Shown: positions 36,319 through 49,203 of the stretch, one piece after another
How the letters are laid out: each line of letters starts with the position of its first letter
Numbering within the stretch: position 1 is the stretch's first letter
NCBI GenBank assembly: GCA_964035545.1
Contig: OZ037773.1
Location: 4,183,751-4,247,750 of the forward strand
Direction: 5' to 3'
Length of the DNA: 64,000 bases
Source of the DNA: Bugula neritina
Taxonomy: Eukaryota > Animalia > Bryozoa
Notes under the pieces: generated by a model
The model's input: the letters and a program-made list of their open reading frames with translations, nothing else
Database searches by the model: none
Told to the model about the DNA's origin: nothing
Program-made: the position numbers and the translations under genes

Positions 36319-39300
36319 ATGAAATATAGTATGCAATGGCAGGTTGTCTTTGTAGTAATCAGCATCAGTTTCTTTCTCAACATCTACATGTTCACATTTC
36401 TTCTCTATCCAGCTACGAGCAGGAACAACCATGGTAAGGCTTGGTATATATTATTTTTTGTCATTTTATGTTGGGACAAATGTAGTAATACGCACGTGTC
36501 ATAAATAATAGCAGGTATGTTTTATACTTAGTTGTTTTGTATGATGTTAGTTTTGCTAGCTGTTATTAAAAGATTGCATGAGATAAAGTTTATTTAAAAT
36601 TAGCTTTGTTTGTTAGTTAATTAGTTAGTTAGTTAGTTGGTGTTAATTGCTGTGTTGGTTTGAGTCATTTTTAACTACCATCCGTTTTAGTTTAGTTGAA
36701 CAAAAATTCTTCTCCGATGTAGATTTAAATATTTTTAATTTAGTTGCAGATGGAAAGTCCTTGGATAAAAATAAACAAAATCAGCTGACTTTAGTTATTC
36801 TTATCATGACAGCTCCTGGTAATCAAGGTATTTGTAGTCATCAGTATATTTGTATGTCACTTGTATATTTATCTACAAATATTATGCTTGATTTGTAATG
36901 GAAATTAGGTGATCAATTCATAATGCCATTCTCATTTTGTCGAATTTTTATATAGCTGAAAAGCAGATTTTAATTGACCACATTATGGACAGAGAAAGAA
37001 TTTAAGTATGCTATAATTAGTTTATAATTAGTTTTGTGGTTGTACAAAATTTGGCTTTTTTTATATCAGTGACTGCCATGAAAAATTCAATTGCATCTGG
37101 CTTAATTAATGGTCAGATTTGTTTAACTTCAGTCAATCTGAATCATTGCATATTTGACAGTTAGAAGAGATGCTATTCGACAAACTTGGGCTTCCAAACT
37201 ACCCTCTGCCCAATCACGGGTTTACTTTGTTTTGGGCTCTCAAAACTTGGACAAGGTGTTGCTCAGAAATGTTTTCTCAGAACAACAAATTAATGCTGAC
37301 ATGATTATTTTAGGCAACATCAAAGTGAGTAGCTTGCTTTTTGAAATCTTACAGAGTTTGTAAAATATTTTTTAAATGATTTTCCGTTGTTTGCTAAGAG
37401 GCATCAAAAGTATTAATTACTGGCATTTGTAAATAATATCCGTAAAATTGAAAAAATTGTAGGCTACTAGTTTATAGTCTATTTCAAGGCTCAATCACCA
37501 GCAACAACTTTTTGAAAGTAGTAAATTATAATTCTTCAATTTTTTTATATCATTTCATTTTTATTGTTAGAAATAAGTTTATTTTCAGGATTCTTATTTC
37601 AAGTTGACTGAGAAGATAGTAGAAGGTATTTCAGTTGTGTTGGAGAGACATAATGTTACATATATCATGAAGTGTGATGATGATACATTCATAGACAGTG
37701 TGAAGCTGTTTGAAAAACTAAACACTTTACCTGCTTCTAAACTGTACTGGGGCTATTTTACAGGTAAAGAGAAAATGTGATTTTGTTTCACATTGATTGC
37801 TAGTTCTAAAAATTAGTATTCTCATATTAAAAATTTAGCTGTCAAAGTATGAAATTGAGTAGTTTTATGGGACTTTGTTCTTTTAATGTGATTAGAATTT
37901 GTGCAAAGGTTTTTGCAACTTTATTAGGTATATACAAGTAAGAAGTTAATTTTTGCACCTGTTACATAAACAAGTATAAATAACTACAGCTAAACATTGT
38001 TTACATATTTCAACCAACTACTGAAACTATGTAATAATTTGTTTTTAGCCTGATATTATTACTATTGTTAATGTCATATTCGTTTACTACTTCGAATTTT
38101 GTTTTAATTCTAGTTTTATTGTGATTAAAAAGCCAGTATAGGAAATTGTGCATTCTTCAATCAGGAGCTGCTCGTGTGAAGACTCAGGGTCAGTGGGCGG
38201 AGCCTAACTATCACCTTTGTGACAGATACTTGCCGTACGCTAGAGGTGGGGGTTATGTGTTGACACAAGATTTAGCTCAGTATATTCTGACTAATAGAAA
38301 CCTTCTGCAGACGTACAACAGTGAAGATGTGACTATAGGTGAGTCATTTTACTACTATAGGTGAGTCATCTTACTGATATAGGTGAGTCATTTTACTACT
38401 ATAGGTGAGTCATTTTACTACTATAGGTGAGTCATTATTCTACTATAGGTGAATCATTATTCTACTATAGGTGAGCCATTTTACTACTATAGGTGAGTCA
38501 TTATACTTCTATTGCTTGGGAGCATCCGTGGTTTAGGGGTTAGAGCTTTGGCCTAATAAACACGAAGTTGTGGTTTCAAACCGCAGTAAGACCATTGGTG
38601 ATGTTAGGAAGAGCATCCAGTCATAATAACTTATGTGCCACATTTGAGTAAGTTCTTATCCTGCTTTTAAAAAACCTTTACCATCAGGGGTGACTACAAG
38701 CTCATGTGAGTTCTTTATTATATTACTATAGCTCAATACAGGAGGTAACTACTTGACTTTGTGATTACTATTATAGGTTAGAATAAAACCGTCTATGGCT
38801 TGGCTCAGGTTTGTATAGTCAGCTAAAATCAGTGGTAGAATATCAGACATTTTTTTCAATCAATACCTTAAGAAAGGAGTTGTTAAGTTAGAATTGTTCT
38901 TTTTCATTATATTGCTTAGTGTATTTCATAGCACTTCTAACTCAAATAGCACTATTTTTTAATCTTTTGTAAGTATTTTCACTTGCCTCAGAAATGTGTA
39001 CCTTTATTTTGGAGTTATGCTTACATGCTAAGTGATTTAGTGACAACATTACTTATATTTTCATTTCATCATAAAATTAGTGAAAAGGTTAAAAATATAA
39101 AATTGAGTGATAAAATATTAAATTAGTAATAGACAGATTGCAATTAAAACATGATATTATATTCCTTACACCTCACTGCATAAATTATATTTCATGTGCC
39201 CACAAGTACGTAATTTACTCATAAACAAGCATATCAGGTCACTTGGTATGTAACATAAGAATATAATAAATTTAAGACAATAAATTCTTTTAAAAAGTAT

Positions 39301-42300
39301 GCATGAAATACATAATAAGCTTGCGTATGTTTAACATAATTTTTCTTTTGTTTTTTAGTTCAAAAATGAAAATTTTAAGTTTTACATCATATAGCATAAA
39401 CTACGTCAGCATTTGTCCACTCATCATTGGTGTGAAATTTTACTGCAAGCTTTCCCACTGTGTCTGAAGCACTTTGAGCATTGAAAACTTATATCTCAGA
39501 GTGCAGTCAATCTGGGGCTGTTGCTTGTCAAGCATTCTGCCACGGTCACCAATGACTAAGATTTTGGTTATATTTGCTATTGTCTTCTGAGCTATTCCCT
39601 CTATCCACCCATCTGTCATACTCTCTGCACAGAGTGCCAGCTTATTCCAACCTTTGCTGTTGAAGTATTCATAGACCTCACCTATGTTTGCGCTGTCGGG
39701 TGTAGCTGTATCCCTTTGACTTTCACACTCATCTATCATTCGTCTCTTAAACTCTCCCGCAAAGGTTTTATATTGACTCATTGCTTTGTGTAATTCCTTC
39801 ACTGCCTCACAGAAGTACTGAATCAGGAAAGAACCCTTCATTTCTACCCAACTACTGTGATTTTCAATACATGCATGTATAATGTACGTATCAGAACCAA
39901 TGGGTATGTATTTGTCAGGGTTGATTTTGTTGTCTAGCATTTTCCTTATTTTGTTTGATAAAGAAAGACGTCTTATATCTTCTGCACTGTCTGCGACAAC
40001 CAGCATTCTGTTACCACGACAAGTCTGGATTAGAAATATTTTGGGTATACTTCTGAACTTTACGCTATCTTGAATTTTCTCCACCACATCCTTTTTAACA
40101 TCACGAAGGTGACAGCTTCCATGATAACTGTGATCAGCTTCCCTTGATTGACTGTTACAACAGGCTGGGCTTATTTCAGATTCTGCCAAAAAAAATTTGC
40201 CGTTCTCCAGGCCATGGGACATTAGAACGAACAATAGGAAGTCGTATCTTTGCTCATCTGGTCTTTCTTCTAGCAGATTGTCAATGAAGACATCAAATTG
40301 GTGTTGTGATTCAGTATCTTTAAGGCATGTAAGGTTTTGTCCAAGAAGAAGGTTCTGGTCACTGTCATCCAAATTGAATGTCTCTTTCAGTATTTGTTCA
40401 TCTTTTTCATACTCTAGTTTGTCATTTCCATACCAACGAAGACTATCATGGATGTAGCGGAAAGAAGAGTTCCTTACTATCACAAACAGTCCTTTGTTTT
40501 TGATTTCATATTCTGATTGAGCTTTTCTAGAGCTCTTGTAGTAACGTACTTGTAGCTGCCCTAAAGCATCATCATTAGTATCTTTTTCTTCAGCAGCAGT
40601 ATTGGCACTGGCTACAAATAGTTAGATTCAGATATACTTGGTTACTGAAATTAGCAAGTGTTTCCAGAATGACTTTATTTTAATTAAATTTTATTGATTA
40701 TAAATGTTTCTTTTTAAATTATCAAATTGAATATTTTTCAGAGTCAATTACAGAGGTTCTAGATTATAAATTTAACAAAAGAAGTTGTGTTCAACTCACG
40801 TCCCAAACTAAAGTTTAACAAAAATTTAAAGAACATAGGCTATCTCAATTTCTCCACTAAATGGAAGTCAACTATAGAGAGTTCATATTCACTGAAAACG
40901 TATTCTTGATACTAATGAAAAGGTTAACTTTATATTTGAAAGAAATAAATAGCTTACTTAATGTTGGATCAGCAGTTGAATGGTGTCCTTGGTCATCCAA
41001 AGAAGTATTATTTGAAGCCATGTTGTTTAGTAGAAGCAGACTACTAGCAGTGCCCACTCTTTACAAAATGCTACTGATGAAAGTGTGTGGTATAGCAATA
41101 ACTAAGTTACATATTGCCTAATAGTACACATATACATCCTGGTACCATCAAGGAAGTGGGTATAAATTGCACAAGTCATGGAACAAATATTTGTCATGAT
41201 GCTAAATCACCAGTGAAACAAAGAGTAATTAATATTTTGAAATGAGATACAGTATTGCAGCAAACGACTTTTGAAGGTATGAGTCATAGAATTATTTCAC
41301 GCGAACTGTGGGGGAGATAACTTTCTGCTATGCAGCCTTAGTTTATAGTAAGCTAATAGCTAGAAGACTGCATTGAGTCGACTGGGGAAAATTATAGCTG
41401 TGCATATTTTTTGGCGTTGCAGATAAAATACATGTTATATATAATTACTGCTGTTTAAATAAAAGCTAAACGACATAATTTTAAAAGTCACGATTCATTA
41501 AGCAATAAATAGATTTCCAAAATGAATCATTATACTTATTTTGAGAGGGAAGAAAAAGAGAATGCGCAAAATAAAGTATATTTTGATTTTTCCCCTAATA
41601 ACATCCTTCTGCATTTTTGGGCTGTTTCTAGTCATTTTGTTTTCTTTTATAATTGCAATGTTGACAGTCGCAGATAATTCCTAAAGCCAAATATTGTTTA
41701 GTAAGACAAAACTTTCACTGTCAAACTGAGGTTGATGCTCAACTATACGAGCCCTTGCATGATGTTGAAAGGAAAGTAGCATAATATACATTTATATAAT
41801 TTGGGATCAATAAACAAAAATATTAAGCAAGTTCTGGCCGTAGCTGTTTTATTTTAAGTTAAAATCAAAGCCTTTCTATGACTTGGCACAGGTTTGTATA
41901 TTCAGCTAAAATCAGTGGTAGAATAATTATATGAAAAAATTTTTTCAAACAACACCTTAAGAATAGAGTTGTGTTAACTTGTTAAGTTAGAATTGTTCTG
42001 TTTATTATATTGCTTAGTGTATTTCATCGCACTTCTAACTCAAATAGCACTATTTTGTTATCTTCTGTAAGTATTTTCACTTGCCTCCAAAATGTGTACC
42101 TTTATTTTGGAGTTATGCTTACATGCTAAGTGATTTATTGACAACATTACTTATATATTCCTTTCATCATAAGATTGGTGAAAGGGTTAAAAATATAAAG
42201 TTGAGGGATAAAATATTAAATTAGTGATAGACAGATTGCAATTAAAACATGATATTATATTCCTTACACTTCACAGCATAAGTTATATTTCATGTGCCCA

Positions 42301-45300
42301 CAAGTACATAATTTACTCATAAACAAGCATATCAAGTCCCTTGGTATGTAACATAAGAATATAATACAATTAAGACAATATATTCTTATAAAAGTCTGCA
42401 TGAAATATATAATAAGCTTTCGTATGTTTAACATAATCTATTTTTCAATTTTTCAATTGGAACATGAAAAATTTAAGTTTTTCATCATATAGCATAAACT
42501 ACGTCAGCATTTGTCCACCCATCATTGGTGTGAAATTTTACTGCAAGCTTTCCCACTGTGTCTGAAGCACTTTGAGCATTGAGAACTTATATCTCAGAGT
42601 GCAGTCAATCTGGGGCTGTTGCTTGTCGAACACTCTGCCACGGTCACCAATGACTAGAATTTTGGTTATATTTGCTATTGTCTTCTGAGCTATTCCCTCT
42701 ATCCACCCATCTGTCATACTCTCTGCACACAGTGCCAGCTTATTCCAACCTTTGCTGTTGAAGTATTCGTAGACCTCACCTATGTTTGCGCTGTCGGGTG
42801 TAGCTGTATCTCTTTGACTTTCACACTCATCTATCATTTGTCTCTTAAACTCTCCCGCAAAGGTTTTATATTGACTCATTGCTGCGTGTAATTCCTTTAC
42901 TGCCTCACAGAAGTGCTGAATCAGGAAAGAACCTTTCATTTCTACCCAACTACTGTGATCTTCAATACATGCATGTATAATGTACGTATCAGAACCAATG
43001 GGTATGTATTTGTCAGGGTTGATTTTGTTGTCTAGCATTTTCCTTATTTTGTTTGATAAAGAAAAACGTCTTATATCTTCATCTTCTACACTGTCTGCGA
43101 CAACCAGCATTCTGTCACCATGGCAAGTCTGGATCAGAAATATTTTGGGTATACTTCTGAACTTTGCGCTATCTTGAATTTTCTCCACCACATCCTTTTT
43201 AACATCACGAAGGTGACAGCTTCCATGATAACTGTGATCAGCTTCCCTTGATTCACTGTTACAACAGGCTGGGCTTTCTTCAGATTCTGCCAAAAAGAAT
43301 TTGCCATTCTCCAGGCCATAGGACATTAGTACAAACAATAGGAAGTCGTATGTTTGCTCATCCGGTCTTTCTTCTAGCAGATTGTCAATGAAGACATCAA
43401 ACTGGTTTTGTAGTTTAGTGTCTTTTTGGCATGTAAGGTTTTGGCCAAGAAGAAGATTCTGGGCGCTGTCATCCAAATTGAATGTCTCTTTTAGTATTTG
43501 TTCATCTTTTTCATTCTCTAGTTTCTCATTTTCATACCACCAAAGACTATCATGGATGTAGTGGAAAGAAGAGTTCCTTACTATCACAAACAGTCCTTTG
43601 TTTTTGATTTCATATTCTGATTGAGCTTTTCTAGAGTTTTTGTAGTAACGTACCAATAACTGCCTTAAAGTATCATCATTAGTACCTTTTTCTTCAGCAG
43701 CAGTATTGGCACTGGCTACAAATAGCTAGATTCAGATATACTTGGTTACTGAAATTTGCAAGTGTTTCCAGAATGACTTAATTTTAATTAAATTTTATTG
43801 ATTATAAATGTTTCTTTTTAAATTATCAAGTTGAACATTTTTCAGAGTCAATTACAGAGATTCTAGATTATAAATTTAACAAAAGAAGTTGTGTTCAACC
43901 CACGTCCCAAACTAAAGTTTAACAAAAGTTTAAAGAACATAAGCTATCTTATTTTCTCCACTAAAAGTAAATGGAAGTCAACTACAGAGAGTTCATACTC
44001 ACTGAAAACGTATTCTTGATACTAATAAAAAAGTTAATTTTATATTTGAAAGAAATAAATATCTTACTTAATGTTGGATCAGCAGTTGAATGATGTCCTT
44101 GGTCATCCAAAGAAGTATTATTTGAAGCCATGTTGTTTAGTATAAGCAGGCTACTAGCAGTGCTCACTCTTCACAAAGTGCTACCAATGAAAGTGTGTGG
44201 TATAGCAATAACAAAGTTACATATTGCCTAATAGTACACATATACATCCTGGTACCATCAAAGAAGTGGGTATAAATTACACAAGTCATGGAGCAAATAT
44301 TTGTCATGAGGCTAAATCACCAGTGAAACAAAGAGTAATTAACATTTTGAAATGAGGTACAGTATTGCAGCAAACAACTTTTGAAGGTATGAGTCATAGA
44401 ATTATTTCACGCGAACTGTGGGGGAGACAACCTTCTGCTATGCAGTTTTAGTTTATAGTACTAGCTAAAGGACTAAATTGAGTCGAATGGGAAAAATTAT
44501 AGCTGTGCATGTTTTTTAGTGCTGAACTTAAAATATTTTATATATAGTTCCTGCTGTTTGTTGAAATAATAGAAGCCAAACAACATAATTTAAAAACAAT
44601 GGTGATTTACTTATAGAAAACAGGAATAAATATATTTACAAAATAAATGTTGATCATTATATCTATTTTGAGATTAAAAACATAAAGAAATATATTTTAA
44701 TTTTCTCCTTATAACATGCTTCTGTACTTTTGGGCTTTTTCTAGTTATTTTGTTTTCCTTTTATAATTACAATATTGACAGTCCCAGATAATACCTAAAG
44801 CCAAATATTGTTTAGTAAGACAAAACTTTCACTGTCAAACTGAGGTTGATGCTCAACTATACAAGCCCTTGCATGATGCTGAAAGGAAAGTAGCGTAATA
44901 TACATTTATATAATTTGGGATCAATACACAAAAATATTAAGCAAGTTCTGACCGTAGCTGTTTTATTTTAAGTTAAAATAAAAGCCTTTCTATGACTTAG
45001 CCTTTGAAGAGCTTTCAGTCATAATAACTTCTGTGCCATATTTGAGTAAGTTCTTATCCCGCTTTTAAAAAACCTTTACCATCAGGGGTAACTACAAGCT
45101 CATGTGAGTTCTTTATTATATTACTATAGCTCAACACAGGAGGTAACTACTTGACTTTATGTGATGACTATTAAATTATAGGTTAGAATAAAACCGTCTA
45201 TGACTTGGCTCAGATTTGTATAGTCAGCTAAAATCAGTGGTAGAATATAAGACATTTTTTTCATCAACACTTTAAGAAAGGAGTTGTGTTAACTTGTTAA

Positions 45301-48300
45301 GTTAGCATTGTTCTGTTCATTATAGCCTATTGCTTAGTGTATTTCTAACTCTAACTTCTAACTCAAATAGCACTATTTTGTAATCTTCTGTAAGTATTTT
45401 CACTTGCCTCCAAAATGTGTACCTTTATTTTGGAGTTATGCTTACATGCTAAGTGATGTAGTGACAACATTACTTATATTTTCGTTTCATCATAAGATTG
45501 GCGAAAGGGTTAAGCATATAAAATTGAGGGATAAAATATTAAATTAGTGATAGACAGATTGCAATTAAAACATGATATTATATTCCTTACACCTCACTGC
45601 ATACATTATATTCCATGTGCCCACAAGTACATAATTTAGTCATAAACAAGCATATCAAGTCCCTTGGTATGTAAAATAAGAGTACAATACAATTAAGACA
45701 ATATATTATTATAAAAAGTATGCATGAAATATATAATAAGCTTTCGTATGTTTAACATAATCTATTTTTCAATTTTTCAATTTTTCAATTGGAACATGAA
45801 AAATTTAAGTTTTTCATCATATAGCATAAACTACGTCAGCATTTGTCCACCCATCATTGGTGTGAAATTTTACTGCAAGCTTTCCCACTGTGTCTGAAGC
45901 ACTTTGAGCATTGAGAACTTATATCTCAGAGTGCAGTCAATCTGGGGCTGTTGCTTGTCGAACACTCTGCCACGGTCACCAATGACTAGAATTTTGGTTA
46001 TATTTGCTATTGTCTTCTGAGCTATTCCCTCTATCCACCCATCTGTCATACTCTCTGCACAGAGTGCCAGCTTATTCCAACCTTTGCTGTTGAAGTATTC
46101 GTAGACCTCACCTATGTTTGCGCTGTCAGGTGTAGCTGTATCCCTTTGACTTTCACACTCATCTGTCATTCGTCTCTTAAACTCTCCCACAAAGGTTTTA
46201 TATTGACTCATTGCTGCGTGTAATTCCTTCACTGCCTCACAGAAGCGCTGAATCAGGAAAGAACCCTTTTTTTCTACCCAACTACTGTGATTTTCAATAC
46301 ATGCATGTATAATGTACGTATCAGAACCAATGGGTATGTATTTGTCAGGGTTGATTTTGTTGTCTAGCAATTTTCTTATTTTGTTTGATAAAGAAAACCG
46401 TCTTATATCTTCTGCACTGCTTGTGACAAACCGCATTCTGTCACCATGGCAAGTCTGGATTAGAAATATTTTGGGTATACTTCTGAACTTTGCGCTATCT
46501 TGAATTTTCTCCACTACATCCTTTTTAACATCACGAAGGTGACAGCTTCCATGATAACTGTGATCAGCTTTCCTTGATTCACTGTTACAACAGGCTGGGC
46601 TTTCTTCAGATTCTGCCAAAAAGAATTTGCCATTCTCCAGGCTATAGGACATTAGTACAAACAATAGGAAATCGTATGTTTGCTCATCTGGTCTTTCTTC
46701 TAGCAGATTATCAATGAAGACATCAAACTGGTTTTGTGGTTCAGTGTCTTTAAGGCATGTAAGGTTTTGTCCAAGAAGAAGATTCTGGTCACTGTCATCC
46801 AAATTGAATGTCTCTTTTAGTATTTGTTCATCTTCTTCAGTCTCTAGTTTCTCATTTCCATACCACCAAAGACTATCATGGACATAGCGGAAAGAGGAGT
46901 TCCTTACTATCACAAACAGTCCTTTGTTTTTGATTTCATATTCTGATTGAGCTTTTCTAGAGTTTTTGTAGTAACGTACCAATAACTGCCTTAAAGTATC
47001 ATCATTAGTACCTTTTTCTTCAGCAGCAGTATTGGCACTGGCTACAAATAGCAAGATTCAGATATACTTGGTTACTGAAATTAGCAAGTGTTTCCAGAAT
47101 GACTTTATTTTAATTAAATTTTATTGATTATAAATGTTTCTTTTTAAATTATCAAGTTGAATATTTTTCAGAGTCAATTAGAGAGATTCTAGATTATAAA
47201 TTTAACTAAAGAAGTTGTGTTCAACCCACGTCCCAAACCAAAGTTTAACAAAAATTTAAAGAACATAGGCTATGTCAATCTCTCCACTACTGCTCTTAAA
47301 TGGAAGTCAACTGCAGAGAGTTCATATTCACCAAAAACGTATTCTTGATATTAATGAAAAAGTTAATTTTATATTTGAAAGAAATAAATATCTTACTTAA
47401 TGTTGGATCAGCAGTTGAATGCTGTCCTTGGTCATCCAAAGAAGTATTATTTGAAGCCATGTTGTTTAGTAGAAGCAGACTACTAGCAGTGCTCACTCTT
47501 TACAAAATGCTACCAATGAAAGTGTGTGGTATAGCAAAAGCTAAGTTACATATTGCCTAATAGTACACATATACATCCTGGTACCATCAAGGAAGTGGGT
47601 ATAGATTGCACAAGTCATGGAGCAAATATTTGTCATGAGGCTAAATCACCAGTGAAACAAAGAGTAATTAACATTTTGAAATGAGATACAGCACTGCAGC
47701 AAATAACTTTTGAAGGTATGAGTCATAGAATTATTTCACGCGAACTGTGGGGGAGATAACTTACTGCTATGCAGTTTTAGTTTATATTAAGCTAATAGCT
47801 AGAAGACTACATTGAGTCGACTGGGGAAAAGTATAGCTGTGCATATTTTTTGGCGTTGCAGATAAAATACATGTTATATATAATTACTGCTGTTCAAATA
47901 AAAGCTAAACGACATAATTTAAAAAGTTACGTTTCCATAAAAAATAAATAGATTTCCAAAATGAATCATTATACTTATTTAGAGAGTAAAGAAAAAAAGA
48001 ATGCGCAAAATAAAGTATATTTTTATTTTTCCCCTAATAACATGCTTCTGTATTTTTGGGCTGTTTCTAGTTATTTTGTTTTCCTTTTATAATTGCAATG
48101 TTGACAGCAGTCGCAGATAATTCCTAAAGCCAAATATTGTTTAGTAAGACAAAACTTTCACTGTCAAACTGAGGTTGATGCTCAACTATCCAAGCCCTTG
48201 CATGATTTTGAAAGGAAAGTAGCATAATATACATTTATATAATTTGGGATCAATACACAAAAATATTAAGCAAGTTCTGACCGTAGCTGTTTTATTTTAA

Positions 48301-49203
48301 AAGTCAAATTTTGATGATGTAAATATAAGCTGTTCTAAAATCAAGTTACATAAAATATATTTGGTAATTAATGATTTTTTCAAGTTGTTTACTGTTTACG
48401 CTCTGTTTCTCAATTCTGTTTGACACCATATGTAAACCTAAAAATTGTTGCATATCAGCTAGTGACATTCAACAATTGTGAATTGACTCTTCAATGTTCA
48501 GTGGGAATGGTGGAAGGATATCATGTTTGAGCATTTCTGCTTTTCCTTCGTTGTGCAGAATATTTCAAGCTCTTCATAACATCATGTGGATTAGTACCAA
48601 TAAGTTTCAATCTGCCCTATCAAACAAACAGGTGGCAGAAACTTTTAACTAAATTGATTGTCAATGTAATATATTTCACTGGTATTGTTATAATATCAAT
48701 CAGAGCTGTTCAATAATTTAAATTAGTGGCTGTGAATCACTCATCCTTGTTATTGTCATCATCTGTGTGCAATAAACATTAAGTTCCTGCTAATCAGCTC
48801 ATATTTATATTTCACAATATGTATGTTTCAATCATGGTTATTAGTACTTCTACTTAATAAGCATGATCCCTTGTTATTTTCTGGAAATTAACCATCTCTC
48901 TATGCTACATGCCGCTAACACTAAATTATTAGTAAAGTTACTTAATTGATTTTTACAGGAGTATGGCTAGCACCTCTCGATATAACTCGACTTCATGACG
49001 TTGGCTTTGATACTGAGGCTAAATCTAGAGGATGTTTAAATCACCATATTGTCAGTCATAAGCAGACGGTGAATGACATGACGTCAAAGCATGAGTCACT
49101 AGAGAGCACTGGAAGGTTGTGTGCTCATGAAGTCGTATATAAGAAAGAGTATATATACAATTGGGACGTTCCACCCAGTCAATGCTGTACTGTTAAGACA
49201 TAG
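36319..49203 (+). CDS. B3GALT6: Beta-1,3-galactosyltransferase 6 (GT31; GAG linker galactosyltransferase II)
   Basis: Exons 36319-36433, 36744(or 36750)-36827, 37161-37324, 37589-37763, 38165-38338, 48959-49203. N-terminal TM; RRDAIRQTW, KLTEK, KCDDDTF, LYWGYF, LCDRYLPYARGGGYVL, SEDVTIGVWLAP, FDTEAKSRGC, YNWDVPPSQCC. Confidence 0.92.
38331..38502 (+). repeat. 22-bp tandem repeat containing the B3GALT6 exon-5 donor (8 copies)
   Basis: TATAG|GTGA at 38339, 38361, 38383, 38405, 38427, 38449, 38471 and 38493. Confidence 0.92.
38518..38712 (+). mobile_element. tRNA-derived SINE
   Basis: A-box-like TGGTTTAGGGG, B-box-like GGTTTCAAACC; core ggtgatgttaggaagagcatccagtcata is shared with the copy at 58376; its 3' half is duplicated at ~45008-45112. 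Confidence 0.75.
39440..41021 (-). CDS. Caspase-like protein copy 1 (C14 fold; His-Cys dyad intact), 411 aa
   Basis: Exon 1 40958-41021 (MASNNTSLDD...PTL) splices in phase 1 to exon 2 39440-40611. Motifs KNKGLFVIVRN, FLLFVLMSHG, PKIFLIQTCRG, IPIGSD, GSFLIQYFCE, KQQPQIDCTLRYKF. Confidence 0.9.
42538..44131 (-). CDS. Caspase-like protein copy 2, predicted inactive (SHG->SYG, QTCRG->QTCHG)
   Basis: Exons 44068-44131 and 42538-43715; frame open, splice sites intact. Confidence 0.87.
45870..47460 (-). CDS. Caspase-like protein copy 3, predicted inactive (SHG->SYS, QTCRG->QTCHG)
   Basis: Exons 47397-47460 and 45870-47041; frame open, splice sites intact. Confidence 0.87.

Larger units (their letters stand above)
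38612..48300. repeat. Tandem triplication of a ~3.1-3.3 kb unit
   Basis: Units ~38612-41875, ~41876-45005 and ~45008-48300; the end motif gcaagttctg.ccgtagctgttttattttaa occurs at ~41827, ~44941 and ~48270. Confidence 0.95.

Noticed and set aside
38518-38590. tRNA gene
   Set aside because: A/B boxes present but no good cloverleaf; continues into a body shared with 58376, so it is a SINE head.
41279-41288. AP-1 site (TGAGTCA) and kB-like words upstream of each caspase copy
   Set aside because: Conservation is expected from the recent triplication; short motifs give no independent support.
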